A DNA stretch of 64,000 bases, taken from positions 4,544,001 to 4,608,000 of the forward strand of contig OY970194.1 of NCBI GenBank assembly GCA_963708075.1. The letters are read 5' to 3'. The stretch comes from Sedimentisphaerales bacterium (GTDB lineage: Bacteria; Planctomycetota; Phycisphaerae; Sedimentisphaerales; Anaerobacaceae). The translations under genes and the position numbers were made by a program. Shown in pieces: positions 1 through 10,808 of this stretch (position 1 is the stretch's first letter; each line of letters starts with the position of its first letter). The notes beneath the pieces were generated by a model. That model was not told where the DNA came from. It searched no databases and was given only the letters and a program-made list of their open reading frames with translations.

Positions 1-2513
1 TGTGATCGCATATAGACGGACCGCCCATCGCTGGACAAGATATCGGGCAAAGCTACGGGCATGGTCAGCCCCTTGACATAACTTTGCAGGTTCTTGCCGG
101 TGTCCGGGTCGCGATCGTCGAGAACAGTTTCGGACAACAAGCGACCGGTGGTAGGGTCCAGCCGCAGCAGGTGCAATCCGCCATCCAGGAACATCGACCG
201 TCCCGCTGTGCAATACAAGACGCCGTCCTGCACGAGCACGCTGCCGTGGACGGGCCACAGCGATTCGACCTGCTCATACGCTGTCATCCGCAGGTCTGCA
301 GGGGCGGCACGGAAACGCCAGATCAGTGCCCCATCCGAGGCCCGCAGGCAGTACACCCAGCCGTCGGCCGAGCCGAACAGGACCCGTCCTTTCCAGATCG
401 TGGGCGGACTGTCCACCCGCCCGCCGGCGGTATAGCTCCACAACCGCTCGCCGGATGCGCTATTCAAGGCGTACACAGTATGAGCGTCGATGGACGCGAC
501 GAACACCTTGCCCCCGGCTACGACAGTTGCGCTGAGCCGGCCGGAGATCTCGGTTTGCCAAAGACGCACGACGTGGTCCGCAACGGATGTCCCCACACTG
601 CCGCTGCGTGCGCCGTCGTGCCGGTAGGTCGGCCAATCCGCCGGCGACTCCTCGCTTTGAAGTTTGCCCGCGTACGCAGGGCCTTTCTCCAGGCGGTTCA
701 CCTGGCCGGCTTGGACGATCACGTGCATCGTGAACGAATCCGGAGCCAGCGCGTTGAAACCGCACAACTTCGCTTCGAGATAGCACCCGCAGGGATGTGG
801 CGGTGCATAGAGCAGTCCATTGCAGGGCAGAACGCCGTACAGGCACGCGCCGCGAACCCAGTGATTCGTCAGCCACGTCTCCTTCTGCGGGTCGATGAAC
901 TCCGTGCCGTTGCGCAAGGTCAGGAAGTAGCGGTCGGTTGCCTTGCTCGGATAGCAGCGATGGTGGAACCAGTAAATGTCCACGTCGGGCGAAAACTGCT
1001 TCTTCAGCTCGCCCGTGCGCGGATCGAGCCCTCTGTAGATGCCGGTATCCGTCGTATTCGCGATAGGCGCGGACCAGACCAGGTCCTGCACGATGAACAA
1101 GTCTTCCGGCGACTGGTGCCCGGAGCGGAAGTGCTGGCCGGTCCACAGGGTTTTTCCCGTCTGCGCCGCGACCGCGGTCATGGATCGCGTCCCGCCCGCG
1201 AAGAGCACGATATCCTGCCAGGCCAGCAGTCGCGGCCCGAAGCAGGCGGCGATCGCCGGCCGGCGATCGATCGCCTCCGACTCCCACAGGACTTTGCCCT
1301 CAGTACGATCCAGGCACACGATCTTCTGGCCGTCGTGGAAGTACACCTGCTTGGAATCGGCGGCCAGCGTCAGCGGCGCCACCGGGCTCTGCTTCTTCCA
1401 CAGGACCTTGCCCGTGCTGGTCTCGACGGCCACCACATTCCGCGGCTGCTCGTCCCACGGCCAGTCCGTATTGGCGTGTTGGCTGTTGCTCCAGACGTAG
1501 GAGAATTCCTGGCGATACTGCGGCCACTTCGATGGCTCATCATTGACGAGCAAAAATGCCACGCCGTCGGAGACGATGATCTCCTCGGTATTGGCCGTGC
1601 CCTCGTACGTGCGGATCGTCTTGCCCGTGGCGGCGTCCAACGCTGTCAGGGGAGCATCGAGTCCGAGCGTCACGTACACCGTCTCCCCTACCGCCACGAG
1701 GCGCCGCGTGACTTGGGCCGGGCCGCTCTTCAACGGCCATTTGTGCGTGTTCCACGCCGGGATCGAACGCTTCCACAGAATCGTGCCGTTGAAGGCGTCC
1801 CGTGCGATCAGGGACCAGTGCGCCGGCAACTGGATCGAGGCCCGCGAGCCCTCGTCCATGATATAGAACAGCCGGCCGTGCGCCGAGACCAGCGCGCTGA
1901 TGCTGGACATGTGGTCATGGTGCCGCGACCAGCGCGGGCTGCCGATCCACTGGTACCGGCGCGGCGGGCCAACGGTCGTGTCATGAGCGACAGGATTCGC
2001 CGTAGCATCATGAAAGTAATGCGTCCACTCGTCGATCTCCTTGGGCCACGGCTTGGTGATGCGCTTCCAGCCCTGCCCCTCTTTGAGACACGCGACGCCG
2101 TTGGGTGCCAGGACGCGAGTGACCTCGCTCATGGGAATATCGCCGAGGCGCTCGGCCACAAGCAGATTGACGAAGTTGTCCACATACGGCAGGCACGCGC
2201 CGGCCAGACGATCCACCGAGACAGGCCCGTAAAGGCCCTGTGACATGATGTACTTGCGGGCCTCGCCGACGACGTTCGGGTCGGTATCCAGTCCCTGGAC
2301 AAGGAAACCATCGCCGGCCCGCAGCGCCGCCGTCAGTTTCCCGTCCGCGCAGCCCAGGTGGACGACAAAACCGCCCTTGATGCCGGTAGTCTCCAGGACG
2401 TCCTTCGCCATCTGCAGAGACTTATTGTCTTGCGTTGCTGTGTTCGCCGACAAGGTGGGAACTAAGACCGCCAGTAGAGCCAAGCCTGCCAAATGCCACA
2501 TTTCCCGCTGCAT
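1..2513 (-). CDS. PQQ-binding-like beta-propeller (BamB-family) protein with N-terminal methyltransferase-like domain; runs off the left edge
   Basis: Ends read manually on the minus strand (absent from the ORF track, which is expected if there is no stop in the window): AAGGAGG RBS, ATG at 2513, signal peptide MQREMWHLAGLALLAVLV, then GIKGGFVVHLGCADGKLTAALR and LPYVDNFVNLLV...EVTRVLAPNG, typical of planctomycete PQQ-like proteins; same frame reads ...DILSSDGRSVYMRS at the edge. Confidence 0.85.
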   Translation of the reverse strand, partial: MQREMWHLAGLALLAVLVPTLSANTATQDNKSLQMAKDVLETTGIKGGFVVHLGCADGKLTAALRAGDGFLVQGLDTDPNVVGEARKYIMSQGLYGPVSVDRLAGACLPYVDNFVNLLVAERLGDIPMSEVTRVLAPNGVACLKEGQGWKRITKPWPKEIDEWTHYFHDATANPVAHDTTVGPPRRYQWIGSPRWSRHHDHMSSISALVSAHGRLFYIMDEGSRASIQLPAHWSLIARDAFNGTILWKRSIPAWNTHKWPLKSGPAQVTRRLVAVGETVYVTLGLDAPLTALDAATGKTIRTYEGTANTEEIIVSDGVAFLLVNDEPSKWPQYRQEFSYVWSNSQHANTDWPWDEQPRNVVAVETSTGKVLWKKQSPVAPLTLAADSKQVYFHDGQKIVCLDRTEGKVLWESEAIDRRPAIAACFGPRLLAWQDIVLFAGGTRSMTAVAAQTGKTLWTGQHFRSGHQSPEDLFIVQDLVWSAPIANTTDTGIYRGLDPRTGELKKQFSPDVDIYWFHHRCYPSKATDRYFLTLRNGTEFIDPQKETWLTNHWVRGACLYGVLPCNGLLYAPPHPCGCYLEAKLCGFNALAPDSFTMHVIVQAGQVNRLEKGPAYAGKLQSEESPADWPTYRHDGARSGSVGTSVADHVVRLWQTEISGRLSATVVAGGKVFVASIDAHTVYALNSASGERLWSYTAGGRVDSPPTIWKGRVLFGSADGWVYCLRASDGALIWRFRAAPADLRMTAYEQVESLWPVHGSVLVQDGVLYCTAGRSMFLDGGLHLLRLDPTTGRLLSETVLDDRDPDTGKNLQSYVKGLTMPVALPDILSSDGRSVYMRS

Positions 2514-2757
2514 AGAGGTGCCTCCTTTGATCCGGGTAATAGGAACAGATACTGCCCCAGGATTCTAATGCAGCCACACTCTCAGGGCAACAGACAAGCC
2601 AGCGGCCTTGTGCCTTGGCTGTTTTATCGGAACTGGTATGGCGTCCGAAGCAGAATGGTCGGTCCGTACGGGGGTGGCTGGTAATCCCGTCGGCGGAATC
2701 TGTCGAATCCAGAAGGGACTCAACAGGTATATGGTCGGGGTATGTCTGGAGATTCGG

Positions 2758-4350
2758 ATGAAGACCGAATGGGTTTGGTGCGTGCCGGCGTTGGTGCTCT
2801 CGGTGGTCGGCGTATGCGGCGCGGCCGTGACGGTCGAGAGCCCCAATGGCGGCGAGGCCATCGCGGCAAACAGCCAATGGCCCATCACCTGGCGATGCAG
2901 CACGCGCGTCACGCAGGTGACCATCGAGTTCTCGTTTACTGAAGGTGCATCGTGGGAACCGGTGGCCCCGGACGCTCCGGCCAGTGCAGGCAAAGGCGTC
3001 TTTCTCTGGACCGTGCCATCAATCTCCTCCCCTCGATGCCTGATCCGCATTGCGGACGCAGGCAATCCGGCAGACTTCGACGTGAGTAACGCGGCCTTTA
3101 CAATATTTCCCTGTACCCTGCGGATGGATTATGACGGCGACTGCCTTATCACGTTCGCGGACTTCATGGGGTTGGCCCAGGAATGGCTCAAGTGCGGCGA
3201 CCCGTACGATCCGGCGTGCACGGGCAATCGGCCGCCACGGATCATCTCGACTCCCCCGCTGCAAACCGCCGTCGGGCAATCGTATGTCTACAATGTCAAG
3301 GCCAGCGACCCTGACAACGACCGCCTGGCATACGATCTGCTGATCGCCCCGTCCGGCATGATCATCGACCCCGCTTCCGGCGAGATCACCTGGAACCCGA
3401 CCGGCGAGCGCGAGAATGACACCACCGTGACCGTCCAGGTTCGTGACCGACTTGGCGCGGCAGACATCCAGACGTTCAACCTCGACGCCGCCGTCCTGTT
3501 CACAGGCGCCCCCGTCCAGGGGTTCCCCAACCTTTTCGAGCGACGCGTCCTGGTGTACACCAATTGCGTGCGAATGGCCCCGGAGCAGTACCGTGACAAG
3601 TACATGGCGGGCTTCCAACCGAGCCCCAGCTCAATTCTCCGGAGCTACAGCGCCGTTGAGCCGCTGCGCTACGAGCGGCCGCTTAACGAGTCGGCCCGGT
3701 TCCACGCCCAGGACATGGCCGACCACGGCTGTTTCCAGCACAACAGTTGCGATGGCACGCCCTGGTCCGACCGGATAGAGAGGTTCTATCCCGATGCGTT
3801 CATACTCGGCGAGAACGTTGGGGCCGGCTACGCCACAGCCAAGGAGATGATCGACCAACTGCTGTGCGACGCCTACGGCGGCCAGTGCGCTGCGGACCGC
3901 AGCACGCAGGCGGGACACAGGACCAACATGATGGACACTCGCATGAGGGTGCTCGGCACAGGGTACGTGTACAGCGCATCGAGCGCATACCGCTGCTATT
4001 GGGTGCAGGACTTCGCGGGCAGCGCGCCGACGGACCAGACGCCGATTGTGGCTGCCTGCCACGACTTTCTGGCCGCCGGCAAGACCTCTTTCCTGCTGAA
4101 CTACCGTGACGAGAGCAATCTTCCGCCCGCCTCCATCCAGGTCCTGGTCAACGATGTCCCGTACAACCTGACCCTCGACCTCGGTACCGCAGCCGCAGGA
4201 ACCTACCGCCTGGACCTGCCCACGGCTGCCGCCTGCCGCAAGTACTACTTCCTCGCCGTCACCGCTTCCGGCGAAGTCTGGCGATACCCCGGCCCCGGCG
4301 CCTTCCTCACCAGCGGCGAAGGCCCCTGCACCGCCGACTACCAGCCATAG
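2758..4350 (+). CDS. Secreted CAP (SCP-like) domain protein with Ig-like domains and a dockerin-like motif
   Basis: Signal peptide; VESPNGGE Ig-like start; DYDGDCLITFADF...WL dockerin-like motif; NRPPRIISTP...YNVKASDPDND Ig/cadherin-like repeat; CAP motifs ARFHAQDMA, FQHNS, GENVGAG, GHRTNMM, YWVQDF. Confidence 0.85.
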   Translation: MKTEWVWCVPALVLSVVGVCGAAVTVESPNGGEAIAANSQWPITWRCSTRVTQVTIEFSFTEGASWEPVAPDAPASAGKGVFLWTVPSISSPRCLIRIADAGNPADFDVSNAAFTIFPCTLRMDYDGDCLITFADFMGLAQEWLKCGDPYDPACTGNRPPRIISTPPLQTAVGQSYVYNVKASDPDNDRLAYDLLIAPSGMIIDPASGEITWNPTGERENDTTVTVQVRDRLGAADIQTFNLDAAVLFTGAPVQGFPNLFERRVLVYTNCVRMAPEQYRDKYMAGFQPSPSSILRSYSAVEPLRYERPLNESARFHAQDMADHGCFQHNSCDGTPWSDRIERFYPDAFILGENVGAGYATAKEMIDQLLCDAYGGQCAADRSTQAGHRTNMMDTRMRVLGTGYVYSASSAYRCYWVQDFAGSAPTDQTPIVAACHDFLAAGKTSFLLNYRDESNLPPASIQVLVNDVPYNLTLDLGTAAAGTYRLDLPTAAACRKYYFLAVTASGEVWRYPGPGAFLTSGEGPCTADYQP

Positions 4351-4491
4351 CACGACCCAGCTCAGGGCCGCAGATTGTGAGACCTGGCATGAACACGGAT
4401 TGGGGAAGGTCGTGCAATCGACGCAATCGTCTGGTAGGATAGAAAGCACTTGGACTCATGGCATGTGGAATCATACACGAAAGGGCAGTAG

Positions 4492-5643
4492 ATGATCATG
4501 AGGGCATATGGATGGATTGCGGCAATCATTCTAATAGCATCGGCCGGTGCATTAGGGGGGGCTACCTCGGGGCGAATTACGGCCGGGCCTGCTCAAGCAG
4601 AGCGGTGGTCCGCTCAGAGGGCCAATGAATGGTATGAGCAACAGGGCTGGCTCATCGGCTGCAACTTTGCGCCGAGCACAGCGATCAACCAGTTGGAGAT
4701 GTGGCAGGCGAAGACCTTCGATCCGAACAGGATCGAGCAGGAGCTGACGTGGGCCCAGGAGCTCGGCTTCAACAGCATCCGCGTGTTCCTGCACAACCTG
4801 CTGTGGACGCAGGACGCGGCAGGATTTACGAAGCGAATGGAGCAATTCCTGGAGATCGCCGACCGGCACGAGATCGGCGTGATGTTCGTGCTGCTCGACG
4901 GGGTGTGGGACCCGTTCCCGCACACAGGCCGGCAGCGCGAGCCCAGGCCGCACGTGCACAACTCCGGCTGGGTCCAGAGCCCCGGCGTGCAGATCCTCCG
5001 CGACCCCAACCGCTGCGACAAACTGGAAGGGTACATCAAGGGCGTCATGAGCCAGTTCGGCCAGGACGAGCGCGTGCATGCGTGGGACCTGTTCAACGAG
5101 CCGGACAACATCAATCGGCCCGCATACGTGAAGTTGGAACTGGAGAACAAGCCGGAACTGGCGCTAGCCCTGCTGAAGAAGGTCGTCGCCTGGGCCCGCG
5201 AGGTGGACCCCTGCCAGCCGATCACCGCGGGCGTCTGGGTCGGCGACTGGTCCAGCGACGAGAAGCTCTCACCCATCGCCCGGTACATGCTCGACAACTC
5301 GGACATCATCACGTTCCACTGCTACGGGAGTCTGCCGGAAATGCAGAAGCGTGTGGAATCGCTGAGGCGCTACGACCGGCCCGTTATCTGCACCGAGTAC
5401 ATGGCCCGGCCCGCCGGCAGCACGTTCGAGACCATCCTGCCCTGGCTCAGGCAGGAGAATGTCGGCGCCTATAACTGGGGCTTCGTCGCCGGCAGGACAC
5501 AGACCATCTATCCCTGGGATTCGTGGCAGACCAAGTACAAGGCCGAGCCGCTCGTCTGGTTCCACGACATCTTCCGAAAGAACGGCAAGCCCTTCGACCC
5601 CAATGAAGTCAAGCTGATCAAGAAGATCACCAAGGGCGAATAA
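4492..5643 (+). CDS. Clan GH-A glycoside hydrolase (GH5/cellulase-like TIM barrel), secreted
   Basis: Signal peptide; AINQLEMWQ, GFNSIRVFLH, acid/base WDLFNEP, nucleophile region ICTEYMAR, NWGFVAGRTQT. Confidence 0.88.
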   Translation: MIMRAYGWIAAIILIASAGALGGATSGRITAGPAQAERWSAQRANEWYEQQGWLIGCNFAPSTAINQLEMWQAKTFDPNRIEQELTWAQELGFNSIRVFLHNLLWTQDAAGFTKRMEQFLEIADRHEIGVMFVLLDGVWDPFPHTGRQREPRPHVHNSGWVQSPGVQILRDPNRCDKLEGYIKGVMSQFGQDERVHAWDLFNEPDNINRPAYVKLELENKPELALALLKKVVAWAREVDPCQPITAGVWVGDWSSDEKLSPIARYMLDNSDIITFHCYGSLPEMQKRVESLRRYDRPVICTEYMARPAGSTFETILPWLRQENVGAYNWGFVAGRTQTIYPWDSWQTKYKAEPLVWFHDIFRKNGKPFDPNEVKLIKKITKGE

Positions 5644-5646
5644 GCA

Positions 5647-7883
5647 TCAGTAGTTCGAGCCGCATGTCTGGCGGTTGTCCGCAGGCTCGTAACTGAGCAG
5701 GTAGTGCGCGACATCCTCGACGCAGAACGTCGCGCGGGGCTGAATCTGCTTCCAGCAGATCACGTCCATCGTGGCCACACCCGATGCATCCGTGATGCGG
5801 GCTTTCCGCCCGATGACGTCCCCTGAGAAGCTGCCCGTCACCAGGGCGCCTTCGACGGGAGCGCCCCCGAATTCACGATGAGCACCCGGGCGATGACACG
5901 CTGCCACCCTGCTATTATGTAGGGGACCGTCTCGACCTCCACGGACGCCACGTGCAGTGTGGCCGTAGCGACGATATTGTTGACGAGGATGGCCACCTGC
6001 GAAGCATCCGTGACATTGCCGTCGCTGTCGGCAGCGCGGGCGTCGATGGTGTGATTGCCGTTGGGAACAGAGGTGGTGTCCCAGGAGAGCTCATAGTAAC
6101 CACTGGCCGGATTGTAGCCGGCGCGCCGCCATGCCCAGCCGTCGGTATTGATTTCGATAGTCAGCGTGCCGGTTGCGTCGCGGTCATCGGACGCCCGGAC
6201 CTGAATCGTTATCCGGCCGGTGACTATGCTGCCGTTGCGCGGGCTGGTGATTGCAGCGGTTGGAGCGTTATTGGCGGTCCCCACGGTCACCCGGATTTGG
6301 GCGACATTCGAGGCGTTGCCGGCCGTGTCCGTAGCCGAGGCCGTGATCGTGTGTTGTCCGCTCGCGGCCGTGCTTGTGTCCCAGGCAAGCTGGTGGTAGC
6401 CCGTGCTGCTGTTGTAGGCGGCCGTCCGCGAGCCGGTGGAGTCGATGCTGATCTGTACCCTCAGCCTGTCGGCCGAATCCTCGGCATCCCTGGCCTTGAT
6501 CTGGATGACGACAGTGCCGCTGACGGTGCTTCCATCGGCTGGATTCGCTATCGATACGGTCGGGGCATCGTTCGTCGGGGCTGCCTGGCCGGCCCAGCCG
6601 AGATTCTCAGGTCTGCGATCGGGCTCGACCGCCGATGCGGCCAGTCGCATGCCGCTGGCCTGGTTCATCCCGGCGTCGATCAGTGCCTGGCGAATCGCGT
6701 AGACGCCGGATGCGTTGGATGCCCGGCCGTGTTCGGCGATGTACAGGGCGACCAGTCCGGCGGCGTGCGGGGACGCCATGCTGGTGCCGCTGAGGGATCG
6801 GTAGCCGCCGCCCCGCCAGCAGGAGTAGATGTTGACGCCCGGCATCAGTAGATCGATGGCAGCCCCGGGCGAGTTCACCGGGTTGCCGCTGACGACACTG
6901 GCGCTGTAACTGCTGAAACCGGCAAAGGAGTCATCAGCACCGTAATTGGTGGAGGCCCCGAGGCCGCCGGGCCTGCCGTCGGAATCGGCCATCGCGGAGA
7001 TGGTCGCCACTTCCGGGTACGCCGCGGGAATGGTGTCATCGCTTGTGTTGAACACGCCATCACGGCCGTAGATGTCCGTGGCGCTGTTTCCCGCCGCGGC
7101 CACGTGCACCACGCCCGCCGCTACGCTGTTGCGGATCGCGGTGCGAAGGATGCTGCTGGTGCCCGTTGCGGCAAGGCTCATGTTCACCACTTCGATCGTG
7201 CCGGCGCGGGCGGTCACCCAGTCGATCCCGGCGATCAGGTCCGACACATAGCCGGAGCCCCGAGAATCGAGGACCTTCACCGCCCACAACCGCGCTCCGG
7301 GGGCCACGCCCACAAAGCCGAAGTTGTTGTCGATGGCGGCCGCAATGCCCGCGACGTGCGTGCCATGGCCGTTGTCATCGTCGTATCGGTCATCCTGGTA
7401 GGCCCGCCCCGTAAGCGCCGTATAGAAATGTCTTCCTCCGACGACTCTCAGGTCGGAGTGATCGATGTCGATGCCGGTATCGATGATGGCAATGTCCACA
7501 TTGAGCCGGTCGTCGAGGCCATCGATTTTCGTCGGTCCGTGTTTATCCATGTCGATGCGGTTGATCCCCGTCGGCAATGTCTGTGCGACGGCGTAGACCT
7601 TCACGTCGGGCTCCACCCGGAGCACGCCCGGAGAGCTGAGGATATCGCGAGCAGCCAGTCCTGCCGGAAGTCGAATGGAGAATCCGTTCATCGCCGTCGA
7701 GTAGACGTGGCCCAGGGTGCCGCTCATGCGCTGCGCCGTACTCTGGGCGAGCTGTGAGGCATTCGTCGATTGGGCCACCTGGACAATGTAGTTGTTGGTC
7801 GAAGCCTGCGGTTGCCCCGTTGAAACAGTCGCGGCCAACGCCGTACAAAACAGCACGATCCCTGCGGAATGCACCCCCACCAT
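5647..7883 (-). CDS. S8 (subtilisin) serine peptidase with I9 propeptide and C-terminal Ig-like domains; frameshift near 5865
   Basis: Catalytic motifs IIDTGID, GHGTHVAG, SGTSMASPH; two Big-like repeats; C-terminus continues in ORF 5647..5907 (GAPVEGALVTG...TFCVEDV) after a shift at a C-run. Confidence 0.9.
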
Positions 7884-8158
7884 ACCGTACCCCCCTTGCA
7901 TGACATGTGCAAATCGACCGGAGCGGCACCCTGACGCTCCTGATGACTGACTATGGCTTTGCTGAATCCAATGGGATGCCTGCTTCTCACCCCCACCGCC
8001 TTCGATCCCCCAAAATAAAGCTCATCACCATCATCCGATGCAAGCCGCGTCGAAGGCGGAAAGACCGTCCGGTATCGTACGCCGTCACGAACGCCGGATC
8101 AATGGCAAAAGAGAAAAGCGGGTGTCGTGTATTTCAAGGACACCGCAACCTCCGGCCA

Positions 8159-9604
8159 TCAATGAGGGGGCAGGGATTGTGTTGCATGTTTGACGATCTG
8201 ATCGATTTCTCTGACCAGAGACTCGTCCAGAGGCTCGAGCTGATGGGCGGCGAGGATGCCGTCCACATGCCGATACAGGCGGTCGGCAAAGGGGGCGCCG
8301 CCGTCAGTCCGCCACAGGTCGTATGGCTGGCGCGTCCACATCGGGCCGGGCAGCCACAACTCCTCGCGAAAATGCCGGACTGTATGTTCCTCGGCCAGGA
8401 AATTGCCTGCCGGGCCCACCGCGCGGACGACATCCGCGGCCAGGTGCTCATCATCGACGGTGAACCCTCGCGCGATCCGCTTTACGTAGCTCATCACCTC
8501 ATCATCGCACGCCAGCCAGAGTAGGCTGCCGGCGTGGTCCGTGCCGCAGATGCCGCAGTGGCCGAACGTATCCGCCCCGGCCAGCACGCCGAGCAGAAGT
8601 GTGGCCGCTTTCTCCGCGCCTGCCTGCGCGTCGAGCAATTTCGCGTCCGTCAGGCCAACATTGACGTATACGGGAAAGCCGTAGGAATGAGCGATCTGCA
8701 CCATTGCCACGGCCATCACGCCCTGCTCCGGTGAGCCGAACGAGCAGATGCCCGTCCGCGGGTCCATGATGTGAGGAATCCCTCCGTATGTGATCGGCGT
8801 GCCCGGCGCGAGCAACTGTGTGAGCACGACGCCTGCAAGGATCTCTGCGTTCTCCTGGGCCAGGGTGCCCGCCAGCGTGCCGGGGGCGGTGCCGGCGGTC
8901 ATCGCCATCGGGCCGATGCTCACGGGCTGGCCCGCCTGCGCGAACTCGCGAACAATGTCGAGGCCGTCCTTCGGCAACTGCAGCGGACTGATCGGTTCGA
9001 GAAACGCCTCGACCATCGGCTGGGCTCGCAGCGCGGCCTCCCCGCCGGCAACCGTACGGTAAATCTCGAGTATGTACCGGGCGGTAGCGCCGTTGCGGAC
9101 CCAGCAGCGCGTGGGCTTGCCGGTCCCCTTGACAAGCTCGGCAGTGAGGACAACGTCGCGACAGGCTTCCGAGATCGACTCCGGCTGAGCCATCGCCCCC
9201 ACAATAGTGATGTTGCTGAGGGCGTCGCCCAGGCGGATCGCGTCGCGCGTATCCTGAATCGTCGCGGGCCGGCGATCTCCCGTCTGAAGATCGATCCACG
9301 CATATTGTCCCGGACTGGACATCAGCACGAGATCGCCGTACCCAAAACGCGCCGTGCGCCGGCCGTCACGGCCGTAGAGCACATACTTCTTGCCGGCGCG
9401 GGCAACCGAGTCCAAGACGAGCTTTTCGCCGAGTCGTGCAGTCTTGTGCGCTGCGTCCACCTTTGCGCCGGCCTCGCCGAGCAGGCGCAGCATCTCCTCA
9501 TGATGCACCATGACCCCGGTGTCGCGCAGGATGGCGAAGCTGGCGTCCTGAATGGCCTTGACCTCGCGCTCCGACAGCATCTGCAACGATGGTATTCGCG
9601 CCAT
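8159..9604 (-). CDS. Trimethylamine methyltransferase (MttB) family protein, non-pyrrolysine
   Basis: Start MARIPSLQMLS; motifs PISPLQ, AGTAPGTLAGTLAQENAEILAG, MDPRTG...FGSPE, GLTDAKLLDAQAGAE, VGPAGNFL; no in-frame TAG. Confidence 0.9.
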   Translation of the reverse strand: MARIPSLQMLSEREVKAIQDASFAILRDTGVMVHHEEMLRLLGEAGAKVDAAHKTARLGEKLVLDSVARAGKKYVLYGRDGRRTARFGYGDLVLMSSPGQYAWIDLQTGDRRPATIQDTRDAIRLGDALSNITIVGAMAQPESISEACRDVVLTAELVKGTGKPTRCWVRNGATARYILEIYRTVAGGEAALRAQPMVEAFLEPISPLQLPKDGLDIVREFAQAGQPVSIGPMAMTAGTAPGTLAGTLAQENAEILAGVVLTQLLAPGTPITYGGIPHIMDPRTGICSFGSPEQGVMAVAMVQIAHSYGFPVYVNVGLTDAKLLDAQAGAEKAATLLLGVLAGADTFGHCGICGTDHAGSLLWLACDDEVMSYVKRIARGFTVDDEHLAADVVRAVGPAGNFLAEEHTVRHFREELWLPGPMWTRQPYDLWRTDGGAPFADRLYRHVDGILAAHQLEPLDESLVREIDQIVKHATQSLPPH

Positions 9605-9647
9605 GCTCAATCCCCCTAAAGAATGGGACCCACAGGACACATCGGAC

Positions 9648-10745
9648 CTATACGGGTTTGAACCAGAGATCGATGGGTTTCTGCACTTTCTTCGGCCGGA
9701 AAGGCATCTCGACCTTCCTGCCTGTGCCTGCGGACTGGTAGCCGGCGAAGAGCACCTGCTGGACGAGCCGCCCGTCTTCGCCTGTGGCCTGGGGCTCCTC
9801 CTTGCCGCGAACGCACCGCGCGAAGTGATGCATCTCCTGCGGGAATCCGTAGTTCCACAGCTCGCCGAAGACGGGATAGCTCCAGCCCTTCGTCGTCGGG
9901 GCCTTTTCCACGGCGTACCCGTAGCCGTGCTCACTGAAGGTCGGCAGCGCATTGCCCATGTGCAGGTCCGCGTAGGTGACGCCGCCCTCGCCATAGACCT
10001 CGATGCAATCGTCCATGCCGCCCCGCCGGGCCCAGCTATCCTCGATCATACCCACGGCCCCGTTGGCGAACTCCAGGATGCAGATGGTGTTGTCCTCGCC
10101 TTTGGTCTTACCGCCGTGAACGTAGGTGCCCATCTGGCAATAGACGCTCTTGATTTGCGGCCGGCCCAGGAACCAGTAGCAGAAGGCGATGCCGTGACAG
10201 CCCATGTCCATGAACACCCCGCCGCCGGATTTCTCGACGTTCCAGAACCAGTCCGCGTGCGGGCCGAAATGCTTCTCGCTCTGCTTGACCAGGTACACCT
10301 TGCCGAACGCGCCCTGGTCGGCCATTTCCTTGGCCTTGACGTACTTCGGCGTGAAGTACAGCTCCTCGGCATACATCAGCAACACGCCCTTCTTCTTGCA
10401 TGTGTCGATCATCACATCCGCCTCCTCCAGCGTCATGCACAGAGGCTTCTCGCAGACGACGTGCTTGCCTGCATTGGCGATATCGACGGTCATCTGCGCG
10501 TGCAGATAGTTCGGAGCCGCGATCGTCACCATCTCGATGTCTTTCTCCGCGAGCATCTGCCGATAATCGGTGAAGACCCGCGGGATGTTGTATCTCTTGG
10601 CGAGCTTCTCCGCGTTGCCGGGCGTCGGCGAGACAATCGCCACCACTTCCGCCTCATCCGGCAGAATCCGGAACGATTCCGCGTGAATATCCGCCTCAAA
10701 CCGCGAGCCGATGATCCCGACCTTTACTCGTCCCTTGCTCGGCAT
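9648..10745 (-). CDS. Gfo/Idh/MocA family oxidoreductase
   Basis: VGIIGS Rossmann start, GKHVVCEKPL, SGGGVFMDMGCH. Confidence 0.92.
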   Translation of the reverse strand: MPSKGRVKVGIIGSRFEADIHAESFRILPDEAEVVAIVSPTPGNAEKLAKRYNIPRVFTDYRQMLAEKDIEMVTIAAPNYLHAQMTVDIANAGKHVVCEKPLCMTLEEADVMIDTCKKKGVLLMYAEELYFTPKYVKAKEMADQGAFGKVYLVKQSEKHFGPHADWFWNVEKSGGGVFMDMGCHGIAFCYWFLGRPQIKSVYCQMGTYVHGGKTKGEDNTICILEFANGAVGMIEDSWARRGGMDDCIEVYGEGGVTYADLHMGNALPTFSEHGYGYAVEKAPTTKGWSYPVFGELWNYGFPQEMHHFARCVRGKEEPQATGEDGRLVQQVLFAGYQSAGTGRKVEMPFRPKKVQKPIDLWFKPV

Positions 10746-10808
10746 GACTGGTTAACCTCCCGAAACACAGGTCCTATTCGTCCCATAGGTCCTATAGGTC
10801 CACTTCGT

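Noticed and set aside
84..2243. 719-aa plus-strand ORF and similar long ORFs (9552..12218, 28254..29681, 34867..36294, 46785..48233)
   Set aside because: Antisense shadows of well-supported genes in GC-rich DNA; no recognisable motifs
8159..9604. Pyrrolysine recoding in MttB
   Set aside because: The frame is open with no internal TAG and no pyl genes are seen
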